DNA of 63,993 nt, the filler included, from Reticulomyxa filosa (lineage: Eukaryota; Protista; Foraminifera), in the NCBI GenBank assembly GCA_000512085.1. It is 17 parts of 17 records of this genome, joined end to end, with 100 filler letters (N's around TTAATTAATTAA, not from the genome) between each part and the next. Parts side by side here need not be neighbours in the genome. Positions count along the whole stretch, not along the records: positions 32,249 to 45,651 come from ASPP01003730.1; positions 45,752 to 46,871 come from ASPP01041499.1; positions 46,972 to 48,973 come from ASPP01015472.1; positions 49,074 to 50,191 come from ASPP01039102.1; positions 50,292 to 52,533 come from ASPP01027981.1; 12 more parts are not named here. One strand, written 5' to 3'. This document shows positions 38,781 through 51,213 of this stretch, piece by piece. A program made the position numbers and the translations under genes. The notes under the pieces are model-generated. The model had not been told where the DNA came from and made no database searches. It saw only the letters and a list, made by a program, of their open reading frames with translations. Each line of letters opens with the position of its first letter. Position 1 is the stretch's first letter.

Positions 38781-39800
38781 TTATTTAAGGCCATATTTGT
38801 CTTTCATTTGTTGTCTTTTTGTTTCCCTTTCACGCTTTTGTTTTAATTTTTCTTCAGATAAGAGAGTGTTTTTATATTGTTCTTCGGCAGTTTTCCCAAT
38901 GAGGTAGGATCAGGGCAACTCTTGACAGCAAGGTACAATTTTAAGCCTTCACACCATTTGTCACGAAGCTTTTGTGTGTAGTTATCATTAATGTTAATGT
39001 TAAAAACAAAAATTATCCCAATATTTGTTGCAAAAAGACAAATAAACTTCAGCTGTCTCAGCGGCAAATTCAAAAGTGTCTTTGTTTGTAACTATTGCAA
39101 AGCATTTGCCATATTCATGTGAAGATTTTTTCAAATTATTCGTTGTTTTGCCTTCCAAGATATGTGTAATTTGAGAGAGCATTATTTGCTCTTTCGCCGT
39201 GCTTCCAGATTTTAATGGATCGCATATTATGATTTCGTTACCACTTTTTTCTAATTGCACTTTTGTATACAAAAATCAAAGAATTTTTTTTTGTGTACCC
39301 CCCTTTTTTTTTTTTGATAATTCAGCAATTTTTATATAAAATTTCAAAAAATATCTTACCAAGCCGGGAACTGGATGTAAACATTCCAACATGAAGCATC
39401 ATGCTCCCTCTATGTAAGTCTTGTTTTGATATTTCCCATTTCTGACGGATGGACTCTGACTTGAAACAATCACGGCATGCTTTAATTTTTTGTTAATGCA
39501 AACATACAAAACTTTTCATTCGAAAATTGCGTCTTTCAAACATAGACACCTTCATACCTCGTTCTACTTTATTGGACACTTTTGGCAACATTATTCTGTT
39601 GCTGGAGCAACTGTCACAAAATATTCTTCCACAGGCACGACAATGGTGCTACATTTTTTTGTTTGTTTGTAAATTTTTTTTAAATTCTCGTTTTGCAAGT
39701 GTTTGTTCTTTTCTTCCATACTCACTCGGCGGTTGAACATATCGAATCTAGTGTTACAACCAATGCAATTTTTTGTTGCATCATCTGGTAACCACGACAT
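38781..39800 (-). CDS. FYVE zinc finger + PH-domain protein, with one apparent frameshift near the C-terminus
   Basis: WLPDD..CIGC..FNRR|HHCRACGRIFCDSCS..VER|ACRDCF, then PH-like CFAIVTNKDTFEFAAET..RDKWCEGL; tail KRQQMKDKYGLK* lies in a shifted frame. Confidence 0.88.
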
Positions 39801-40423
39801 GTCAACAGAATCCACCAATTGATTATGCAGATAATCGCTAAAAAAAAATCTTCAAAGCTTTTGTTTCTTGTTTAGAGGCAGCACCACAAAACCCTTACAT
39901 TTCATCTCAAGGAGGCTTTTGTAAATTTTGAGAAGTGTACTTCTCAATTTTTCGTACTTTGTCTTAAACAAAATCATCTTTAAATATATGGTTAAAATTT
40001 GATATTTTTGTATTTTCAATTCACCACCCAATTAAAGAAGCATGTATTTTTTTTAGCGCTTTTCCACGGAAAAATTGTTATTTTTGAATATATTTCAAGC
40101 GTTTCCGATGACAAAGTTTTTTGAGAAGCACAACAGCTGTTTGTTCTGAATTTTTACAACAAGATTTACAGTGCCAAAGATATTGCCCCGGTTTCTTGTG
40201 TTTTGTAGTGGTCAATCGGATATAGAAACTTCAAAACAAAACAAAAGAAACTCCCCAAAAAACAACACAACAAATAACCAAAACAAACGTTTTTGCTTTC
40301 TCTTTCTCTTGAGAATTCAGACTGTCTTTTTTTTTTCCTCTGACTCTTTACAAAAAAAATGCTTCTGTATCGCTTTGTTATTCATAGTCATCTCCTATGG
40401 TGTATATTGAAGATGAAGAAGAT

Positions 40424-42293
40424 TTAAGAATTGCCCTTGAATACCCCAGATCCGCCCAATGCAACAATAACAATGATTAATACTACAAGACAACAGCACA
40501 TGAGGCCAAATCGCAACTATAGGATGCAATAGATTGCATATCACACATACACATAAGGGACGAAGTATTTTTTGTTTGTTTTGGTCCTATCGGAAAAAAG
40601 ATGGTATGAAATTAACTTTTCTGGCTTTCTTTTGACTTTTTTCGGCTTCTTGGAGATGAACAGTAGCCTGGGCAACGTAGTCTTTGGTTTGAAGTACGTT
40701 GTTTTCAATCGAGTCCAAGTATTCTTGTTGTTCACTAATCAAAAAGTTTAACTCGTGCCACATTGAACGCAATTCTTCCAAGCTGTCGTAAATTTTTTGC
40801 ATACCTTCTGTTCGCGACTCAATTTCAGCCAATCGATCCACCATCGCTATTATACCACATTATATCAACAACAACAAATCTCAAATGTTTTTCTTCCCTC
40901 ATTTTACTTAAGAGTTTGGCCACACGCATGCACAAAAAAAAAAAAAAAAAAATTGGGGGAAAGGAAGGGAGAAATGGAATACAAATGACCATACCGTCAC
41001 CAATGTCAACTATTTGGAACGATTGTTGAATGAAAGTTTGTGCTTTGGCAGGATCACTGACTAAGTTGTCAATTTCTTCTTCGGATATTTTGTCCTGTGC
41101 GATATGTCCAATATGTCTCTTCTGCGGTTTTTTAATTCTGAGTTGAAACGATTGAGCGACGATTGGAATTTGTTTGATATTTGCTGTAATTGTGTGATTT
41201 TTTTTTTTTTATAATGTTGAAAATCGTTCATCTTCGTCTAGGGAAGAGAAGAAGAGGAAAGGGACCCCTTGGAGGAGAAGGGGGGGGAGAGAGGAAGGGG
41301 AAAAAAAAAAAAAAAGAAAACCAACAAACAATACAAACTTGAAATCTACGAGTGCAACTGTTCAGTTGATTGATTCTCCATTGAGCAACACTCGACCCAG
41401 GTTTGTCAAGACAGAATTTGTCATTTGCTAATTTTTGCTCTTTAAGTTTTATCTTCACCAATTGTACTATTTTACTGTTACCCGCCATTAGCTTGTTCAA
41501 CTGTGTTATTACCTCTTTTTATTGTAATCACACATGTCAACAACAAAAAATCATTTTTATTTTCTCTCTATCTCTTACTGTGTTTGATTTATTTTGTCAG
41601 TAGTTTGTTTTGCAAAAAATGAATGTAAGACCCCCCTTTTTTTTTTTTAAAAAAAAAAAAAGGTAACCTTTTTCGTCGGCATTGGATGTGGCCTTGACCA
41701 ATCGAGCAGTGATACTGTCCACTTTCGAACAATTATCATCGATTTTTTCGATCTCTTGTTTGATATCTTGGAATACATCCATGTACGTGTTCGGCTTCGT
41801 GTCATTCATTTGGTGACAGCGGAAACAGAAAGTGAACAGATAAAAGGGGGGAAGCGGGGTAGTCATAGAGAACAAAAAAAAAAAAAAAAGGCTTGAATGT
41901 GTAAATTGTAATATGCATGTTTCCATATGAGAAAGGGTAAATTATTATTTTTTTAGTTTTGTTAAAAAGTTTGAAAAATGGTAAGACCCTTGCAAACGAT
42001 TACAACGTGTGTGGAGAGCTGAAAGGTTGAAAGAACGAAACATCATCGTTCTCGTCAAATTTGCCGTTTATTGCGTCGATGTCGACAACTACCTCGTCGT
42101 TTCCTTGATTTATATGTTTTTTTCACACGTGCTTTCAAATCAATGTTTTTGTGAAACACAAACAAATGCATGTTCATAAAAAAATACCGTCTTTGACACT
42201 GTCTTCGTATATTTCAAAGCGTTCGCCTGTTCGAGGGTTTACGGCATCCTTCTCATTTCGAATAATCTTCGCCATCAAATTCATTCCTGCCAT
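40424..42293 (-). CDS. Syntaxin (Qa-SNARE, plasma-membrane type), multi-exon
   Basis: Habc helices (WRINQLNSCTRRF), SNARE motif ELNFLISEQQEYLDSIENNV..YVAQATVHLQEA, and C-terminal TM MCCCLVVLIIVIVALGG. Confidence 0.92.
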
Positions 42294-42546
42294 GTTGTCT
42301 TGTGGATGCTCGCTTAAGCTTCAATAATGTCCGAATCCTTTTTCAGGAATGCCAAAAAACCCACGTGCAAAATTTTTTTCGAAAAGGTCGGCACGGCATT
42401 AATAGCAATACGCACAACCAACTGGCTGGTCAATTTCTGCAGTAAGATAAAATCAAATGCTTCAAATACAAAAATTGATTAAATTAAACACAGCTTTTCC
42501 TTTCAAAGATTTAGTTTGTGGTAACCTTTTTTGAAGGCTTTTTTTA

Positions 42547-42601
42547 AAAGTTTACTCACTCTTCGAACAATTTTTTTGAAAGTTTACTCACTCTTCGAAC
42601 A
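42547..42601. repeat. 23-bp perfect direct repeat in the divergent syntaxin/SDR intergenic region
   Basis: AAAGTTTACTCACTCTTCGAACA at 42547 and 42579. Confidence 0.85.
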
Positions 42602-42616
42602 GTTTAGCCATAAGAA

Positions 42617-43583
42617 ATGTCTCAAGCTAAGACGTTGACAGTATTGGTAACCGGAAGCTCTCGTGGGCTCGGATTTGAGTTTGTACGGTCACTATTGACG
42701 AGCCGTAAAGAAAGCGTGGTTTTGGCCACTTGCCGAGATCCAGAGAAAGCAGAAGATTTACAAAAATTGAAGAAAGAACACTCTAACTTACATTTGTTGT
42801 CTTTGGATGTGAACGATGAAAAATCGATAGAAAAACTTCCAAGTTTAATAAAGGATTTAAAAGTGTCATCAATCGATTGGCTGATCAACAATGCGGGTGT
42901 GTATTCTTTGAAAGAGTAGACAAACAAGAGGAGAATGGAAACGTTTTTGGTGTTAATGAGTTTGTTGTGCACATCTTCCCAAAATGTAGGAATTGCAACT
43001 AGTAAGGGCGCTGGAGAGAAACTGAAAGATGCGAATATCGAACTAATGACCGAGTAAAGATATATTTATTTTTGTCTATATTTTGTCCTCTGTTTAATTT
43101 GTTGAACACATTATACGCAAAGGGTATATCGTACTAACGTAGTGGGGCCGTTGCTGATTAGCAATGTATTGTACCCATTTCTGGCGCATGACCTGCCAAA
43201 AAGGAACACATTCCTAGGATAGCAAATCTTTCCTCAGCGTTAGCGAGTATCTCTCTTTTCCAGGAAGGCAAACGTACTGGTAATGTATTCGTTCTTGCCC
43301 CTGCGTATCGTTGCTCCAAGACAGCATTGAATATGTTAACCCAATGCATGGACAAAGATTATAATGATCAAATCCAACATTCCTATCCAAACGGAAAAAA
43401 GGAATCATTGTTTTAGCTTGTGATCCTGGATGGGTTGACACCGATATGGGACGTGGCGGGGGACGAAAACCGCCACTTACACCCCAAGAATCAATCAAAG
43501 GTTTGTTGTCTGTCATTGAGAGTGCCACACTGTCTGACAGCGGAAATTTTATTGCATACAATTCCAAGGTTAATCCTTGGTAA
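42617..43583 (+). CDS. Short-chain dehydrogenase/reductase (CsgA/sniffer-like), 3 exons, two apparent frameshifts in A-runs
   Basis: TGSSRGLG, LINNAG, NLSS, YRCSK, PGWVDTDMG and terminal NPW*. Confidence 0.9.
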
Positions 43584-43856
43584 CATTTTTTTTTTTTAAA
43601 GTGTTAGTTGGATTGATGTAATGGGATCAAAAAATGATTACTAATTAAAAAATATTGAATTTCACAACCGCTTTTCTTTGCGATTGTTGAAGTAATTACT
43701 AAGACGAAATAAATAAAAAAAGACGTTAGATTAAAGTACTCAGAAGTATTGCATCACTTGCACGGTTTTTCGAAAACTAGGAAAAAAAGTAGTAAAAAAA
43801 ATTCAACTTGTCTTACACTGCATTTACAAAAAATATTTAGTAGTAACACTTCCCAT

Positions 43857-45651
43857 TCACACTTGAAATGAACTTTTTGTTTGGGATTTGTTCTGACTAG
43901 TTGTCAAAGTCGGCAGAGTAGTTTCTTTATTTTTTTGATCCGTCTTTAAATTTTCGTCAGCACGTTGTGACACCTTGGATTTGGTGTCAACATTGGCTTT
44001 AGTTTGAAGTTCGCGAAACACTTCATTCAACCCCTCATATTCGACCCACATATCGCTTTCGGTGATAGTCAATCGATGCAAGGCATGATCCATGCGTGTG
44101 GGTCTCATAAACACAGCATAACGAATGTGCGAAGAATAATTTGGACCGGCACGGTGGGGTAACATTGGATGACAACAAATGAAATCTCCAGGTTCGGCCT
44201 CAATTTGTTTGGATGAGCTTTCCCACATGAAAGGAGATTCGTCCATAGATTTGCGAACATTTTCCATGAAAGGCTCTGCCCCACCCATGGACTGAATTGT
44301 CGCAAACATATCAAAATGCTTGCCCGGCCACACTGTGAAATTGCCGACAAAAGTGTTTGACCACGAAGACAGCACAAATCCGCACAATATTGAAAATCCA
44401 CAAATGCCTATTTGATTTGACAGCCGCATTCCGTCAATGTGCCATTCGCCACCAGTCAGCTGTTTCGGAGCCTCTCCGCCATTGGGAATCTCAATGCAAT
44501 TTGTGCTCCAGGGCAATAGCTTCACAATTTTCTCCTGTTCAGTTATTATTATTATTATTATTTTTTTTTTTTTTTTTTAAATTTTCATTGTTTTTTTTTA
44601 AAAAAAAATTGAATGCAATTTCTTAACCCAACAAAGATTGAATCAACGAATACGCATGAGATTGAAAGTACAAATCCAAAATACAAGCTTCGCGACAATC
44701 CCACAAGCCGAACTGTCCTAATCCTTCGCAATGGGCCCCTCTTTCAATCCCACGATTGATGTACTTTAAGGCATTGTTCAGAACGGTCTGATCTACTACA
44801 TTTTTGATGACAACAAAGCCATTGTTATAAAAATCTTGTTTTTCTTTGAAAGTCATTTTTCTGCCTTTCATTGGACTCTCTGATTTTGTCGTCTTGCTCT
44901 TGCTTAGTTCGTCTTCTCTTGTTTGTGATCTTTCATTAATATTCTTGCCAATTTCTTTCATCACCATGGTGGCCCCTTGTTCCAAAAATGGAAAATGGCG
45001 CGCCTTGGTGTTGGCGACTGTGAAATAACAACCTGTCTGTGTCTTGTTGACTCGGTCCATATCCTCGTCACGCAAATCCGTGCTTTGCACTAACCCTTTG
45101 TCATTGACGCATAATTTTTTACCACTTTTCAATCCCTCAAATGCATACCATAACGCCTCCTGTCCTTTCTTCTTCTCATCTCGGTTTATCACTACTCTGA
45201 AGTGAGAAGCCTCGTGGGATGCACTGTCCACACACTGCACTTTCCCAGATTCACTCATACTCAAATATTGATTGTTGTTTGTGTTTTGAATTGTCACCAC
45301 GTTACCACCTTTTTTTCTTTTTTCAAAATAAAAACAAATTCATTAAAAAAAAAAATAATAATAAATTAGATATACGTATATGCATGTATGTACCATGTAT
45401 ACAACTCAACTCAACCCTCTGAATTAGAAAACGTGCATAGGGACCGATCCCACCTTTTGCCATGATATGTCCCGATGGTGCAACATTCACGTTGGCTTGA
45501 GTCTTCATCGATGTAATCACAGTATGGTAGCCGGATGGTGTAATCACGTTGTTTATCATGTTTGTTTCACGTCATTTGTTGACAATATATGGCTTTGTGA
45601 GGTCACTTCGTTTCGATTTCCTTGGGATACTAACATATCCATCCATTTTTC
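43857..45651 (-). CDS. PhyH-family Fe(II)/2-oxoglutarate dioxygenase with N-terminal beta-trefoil (fascin-like) repeats; 5' truncated
   Basis: FYNNGFVVIKNVV, WHIDG (HxD), GNFTVWPGKH, PGDFICCHPMLPHRAGPN..IRYAVF; upstream VTIQNTNNNQYLSMSESGKV..SHFRV-type repeats. Confidence 0.82.
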
Positions 45652-45751
45652 NNNNNNNNNNNNNNNNNNNNNNNNNNNNNNNNNNNNNNNNNNNNTTAAT
45701 TAATTAANNNNNNNNNNNNNNNNNNNNNNNNNNNNNNNNNNNNNNNNNNNN

Positions 45752-46871
45752 GAGGTCTTGAGTTTGATGTGGAATTGAAATATCAGCATTTTTATTCTTT
45801 GTTTTTGTCTTTTTTTCTTTTGCTTTTCTCTTTTGTTATTTGTACTTTTCCTTTTTGTATTGTTATGTTTATCTTGATTTTCATTTGGATTTGAAGTAAC
45901 ATGTTCACTTGCAAGGCGCGTCCATGAGCTGTTATCGCCATTTCCCGCGAAATACGTGCCAGTACTCCCCTGGTACGGACTCGCCGCTCTGTTGCTCGAG
46001 CAACATCGATTGCAATCTGTTCGTCCATGTTTTCTCCGTGTTTGCGACGCCATGGCTCTGGTTGCAATGCAACTGCTGTTGGGCGTTACCAATCCCAAAT
46101 CCGAAAATTCCACTTTCCGCTTGAAAGGCGTTGATCTGATATTGCTATCATTGCTCTCTTCAACTAATGCGAATAGCAACAATAATCACAACAATTGATA
46201 ATAAGAAGAAGTTGCAAAGCAAGAGAAAGAGAGAGAGATAGAGAGAGAGATAGAGATAGAGAAAAAAAAACAAACAAAAAAAGTATTAATCTTAACGAAG
46301 CTCTTTTGGATCCGGTTATGCGAAGATGAAGATGTGATGTCTGGGACAGTGCAGTACTGATTGCTCATTACCCGTTTCTGCTGCTTTTCCTAAAAGGTTT
46401 CATCCCCATTTTTTTTCATAGTCAGCAGATTTTGCACAGTCAGCAAAAAACGTCACCAATTTTTTTTTTTTTTTTACAAAAAAAAATACTTTCTTCTTCT
46501 GATGTCCTATTGCCAGTGTTGTTGATTGGGCCAATGGAAGTGCTCTCTTTTTTTCTTTTGCTGTCTTTGTTTTTGGTTGGAAGCAGATTTGCTTGTAAGT
46601 GATTATCGAATGTGTCCGTTTGTTGAAGTTGATTCGTAGCACCGATTCCAGCTGCTGGCTTTTGTGCAATCGTCACATTTTCAGTGTTGTTGGGCATTTT
46701 ATGCATTATGTTCACAGATATAAACGGTTCCGGAAGTAACGTGTCAGAATTGTCTAGTCGTTTGTATAGCAAATTATATGTTGCATTTTTCAAAGGATTA
46801 ATCGTAATGGCATTAGCTGAAAAAAGGACAAAAAGCAATTGAAACATAATTATTATTTTTTGCAAAGGAAA
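45752..46871 (-). CDS. Fragment of a hypothetical low-complexity protein
   Basis: GC-richer exon-like blocks (46490-46820, 46290-46450, 45890-46170) separated by homopolymer and dinucleotide tracts; no recognisable domain. Confidence 0.3.
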
Positions 46872-46971
46872 NNNNNNNNNNNNNNNNNNNNNNNNNNNNN
46901 NNNNNNNNNNNNNNNTTAATTAATTAANNNNNNNNNNNNNNNNNNNNNNNNNNNNNNNNNNNNNNNNNNNN

Positions 46972-47007
<36 letters not shown>

Positions 47008-47027
47008 GGGAGCGCCACAACTAACAG

Positions 47028-48973
47028 AAATTTAAAAAAACAAAAAATGCTAAGAATGACCCGTGGTTAGAGGAAGACCATATATCCTGGAAGCCAGAGG
47101 GCGTAGCCGAGTGGTTGTGTGCACTAAATGGGGACAAGTATGCACAATATAAGGACAAAGTGAAAGAAGTTGGAATAAATGGCAAAACATTGGAAAAAAT
47201 GATGGACACACATTATTTGGAAACAGAATTGAAAATACGGGCAGAAGATTGCGTTCACATTTCAAAAATAGTGCAAGCACGACTGGTTCGTATGTGTGTG
47301 TGTGTGTGTGTGTGTATGAAACGAAGCATAAGGGAGGGGGGGTTCATGAAATATGAATTAACAACACAAATGTTGTATGATTTTTGTTTGATATCAGCAA
47401 AGACATGCCCAACGCGCAAATGATAAAGACAATAATGCAGTAGCCTCGAACTTGGATTTTGATTTTTTCGACCATAATAAGGAGTTGATCGATGAAAAGA
47501 GCGAAGACGAAATTGTGGAATTAGTTAACAGTAGTGATAATGATAATGATAATGATAATGATAATGATAATGATAATGATAAGAACAAAAAGAATGACAA
47601 TGACGACAACAAAAGTGAAGAAAAATGTGATGACAATGAAAAAAAAGAAAAAGAAAAAGAAGAAGAAGATAATATACCCTATCACGAAAACTACAGCCAG
47701 ATTGACGACCATATGATCAATGGTAGGGCATACCGCAAAGACTGGGGGGGAGGGGGGGGAGGAGGACACGGCGAGGATCAAGGCGAGGATCGGGAAGGGG
47801 TCCTTTCCGGAACGAACATCGACGAGGTCGACGACAGTAACAACGGCGAAGATGACACGGACGACGAAGAAAGCAAGACAGAGCTCAAACATAATCCACG
47901 ACACGAAAAAGATGCAGATGAAAAAAAAGATGCAGACGACGATGACGATGACGATGACGATGAGGATAAAGATGACAATGATGAAGATGAACCCAATCCT
48001 GGAGAACAACGTTACGATCACATTGCATTTGTCAACGCTGATCGAAATGATAAGAACGAACATGAGCATGAGCATGCACATGCACATGAACATGCACACG
48101 AAAATGAAGATGATGAGCAACATTATGCCACGGATAACTCATCCGAATTGGAAGACGGCGCTCTTTATGATTCCATGCCTTTTGATGATCATCCACTACC
48201 TTCGTTAATTCCAATGTCCAATCATTATTACAAAAGTTTGGTTACATTATATACATTATATATATATATATATATATAATGTATATAATGTAACCAAATT
48301 TTTGGAATAACTATAACTACAAAACACTTAACAATAGCGCCACCCCATATTATAATGTTTCCTCCGAAAAATGGCCCCCGTGCATTTGCGCGCCGGTTTG
48401 GACTGGATGAACACTGCCTGCCCGATGTCGACATGGACGACGAACTGACGGAAGATACCATGGAACAGTGTCGCTTGCAATACTCGACACAATTGACCGA
48501 GTTGTATCACATGGGCTACGATGATCTCCGCAACATGCGTAGTCTGATACGACATGGTGGCAACTTGGACAAGGTGATGGAAGAGTATATCACAGAAATC
48601 GAAAATGGCGAGGTTGGAATAGACATCTACATCGGCGATCTTGTTGTGCGAGGCCCGGACTGGAAATGGGGGGATCAAGATGGCAAACCTGGCATGAAAG
48701 GAATTGTTCGTGGTTTGCGACAATGGCATCCCAAAGACAAAGAGACACACACCACTGAAGTGGTCGTCTTTTGGGACATTGGCTTGTATGGAAACTATCG
48801 CTTTGGCTATCGTGGAGCTTACGATGTCAGGGTAGTACAAAGATGGATGAAATCCCAAATCGCTTTTGCTGAAGTCATTTCTTTGGTGCCACATGTTGCC
48901 ATTGGAGATCACGTCAAGCGAAGTAAAAAACATTGGCGATGGGGCGAGTTTGTTTCTTTTTTTTTTTTTTTTT
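47028..48973 (+). CDS. SAM + acidic tract + UBA-like + MIB/HERC2 domain protein, truncated at both ends
   Basis: SAM-like WKPEGVAEWL..YKDKVKEVGINGKTL; UBA-like QLTELYHMGYDDLRNMRSLIRHGGNLDKVMEEY; MIB/HERC2 IGDLVVRGPDWKWGDQDG..NYRFGYRGAYDV; a second copy begins IGDHVKRSKKHWRWG. Confidence 0.8.
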
Positions 48974-51213
48974 NNNNNNNNNNNNNNNNNNNNNNNNNNN
49001 NNNNNNNNNNNNNNNNNTTAATTAATTAANNNNNNNNNNNNNNNNNNNNNNNNNNNNNNNNNNNNNNNNNNNNCCACAACGATAATCCGATCCGCCAATA
49101 TTTGAAAACCGAGTTTTTAAGTTGCGACACGCCCTCCTGGAGTTTACAAAGGAGTCGACATAGTGTGTGTGTGACCACAGCTATTGTCATTAAAGCAAAT
49201 CCATCAAACAATGTTGGTTTCAAAATGGAAAAATCGACTTGTAATTTGGATTGCATATCAAATTAGATTTGTCGGCTATAATCACAAAGAGGATATCCAC
49301 AATCTTCGAGCTCCGTATCTTCAGGTGAACGATCAATGGGCTTTGATGAAATCGACATTGAAGGTGCGGTATTTGAACTGGTTCAAAAAGATCAAGATAC
49401 TAATTACGACATGAATAAAAAGACAACCTCCAACTTTGATTCATAGCTCAAGAACGTATTCATTTCTTTGATCAAGAAGAGTAACATGCCGACATTCAAG
49501 AAATATGATCTGTGTCAAAGTATCCATTCGACGGGGAACTCTTTATTCTCACACTCACGTTTGAGCAAATTCCAAGATGTCTGTGAAGAATTTTTATCCA
49601 ATATTACAAAAGCAGGATTGTCAAATTGTGAAGCAGCTTCCGTTGTGTTCAATGTCAATTGGAAACCCAAAGCATTCAAAAGACGGCACCGGCGAACAAG
49701 AGAAACTCGATTATTGTGAAAATTGGGCGCTAAGTTTATAGCGAGGAACAATAATTGAAATACATACATTAATCGCTCGTATCGAAACTGATTTTGTGCG
49801 TGCTCACATGCATAGCTTTGGATTTTGTATCGTACTCGTGCTGATAGGAAGAATCGTGAGCTCGTGAGACATCGAGTATTGATTATTGGTGAAGAGATAG
49901 AGACAGAAAGAGTTGTTGCACTTTTTGACTCGAATAACCATCGATCATCTTTGCTGGACTGTCTCCGAGATCGAAGATTCAAAAATTGCTCCACAATTTC
50001 ACAAAACAGTGCAATCAATCGCTTCAATGTGTTGAAGACGCTGTTGGGTGGATACGTGGGCAATATCAGTACCAGAAGTCGATTGTAATGCCCTCCCCCT
50101 TCCCAAAGACCTGGTCGCTGTGGATACGAACTAATTGTTCGGTTACCAAAAAAACCGAATCAATCAGATTCAAGAAGTGAAAGAGCCTGCTNNNNNNNNN
50201 NNNNNNNNNNNNNNNNNNNNNNNNNNNNNNNNNNNTTAATTAATTAANNNNNNNNNNNNNNNNNNNNNNNNNNNNNNNNNNNNNNNNNNNNGTATATGGT
50301 CATATATTTCTAACATAATTTTTTTTAAGCGAATTTCAAAATATTATTACAATGATCATTTCTACAAAAAATTTTCATTAATTTTATTTTGTCAACTGAT
50401 TTGGTAAAACTTTTTTAATTTTATTTGAAAATATTTTTGCTACAAAAAGCTTTTTTCGTGCTTTATGTAATAACAAGACGCAATAAGACAGACTGGTGGT
50501 GCACAAAAAGTTTGATATTCGACAAAATTCCAAATTTACTACTGAGTAATAGAATTACTACTAACATTTACTTAACTAAGCGAACTATTTGCACAACTAT
50601 TTTTTTCTAAACAATGGCAGATCTAGTGGCTCTGTTAGGCCTTCAGGAGTTGAACAACAAGTATGACCATCGAATCAAATCACAAGATTGATTGCGATTG
50701 TTTATAGCTGCTGGAGATTTGCTGTTTTTAGCTTTGACTCAAAATGGAGAGTTACAAGGAAAAGCAGACACAACACCAAAAAGCACAAGCACGGATGAGG
50801 AGCAAAATTTACGAATAAATGTCTGTAAGATCAATAATTTTTGTTGAAGAAAGCAATTTCAACAATGTTTGCAGTCAGCAAACTGGTTGATCAAACATGA
50901 ACATAGTTCAATAAATGCATTGCAGTCTTCCTCACAAAAAAATTAGAAAAAGACAAATTTTTCCTCAAAATGTCATAAAATGTCATCAGTACATTGGATC
51001 AATGCCAAATGATCAAACGTTGCTTTGTTACCTACCGACTTTATCAAGAAAAGGATATTTTATACACGAGAATTGGTTCAGGTACAATTGTTCATTTTCT
51101 CAGTGAATTTGAAAAAAAATTCCTTAATTCACAACTTTTCATTTGTTCTATGTGACCAAGCAGCAGACCAAGCAATCAACATTTAATAATAAAAAAAGTT
51201 TATAAAAATGTTA

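Noticed and set aside
35805-39800. Single FYVE-PH-kinase fusion gene
   Set aside because: The FYVE-PH frame ends in a stop (38781 or 38843), and stops precede the kinase ATG at 38151.
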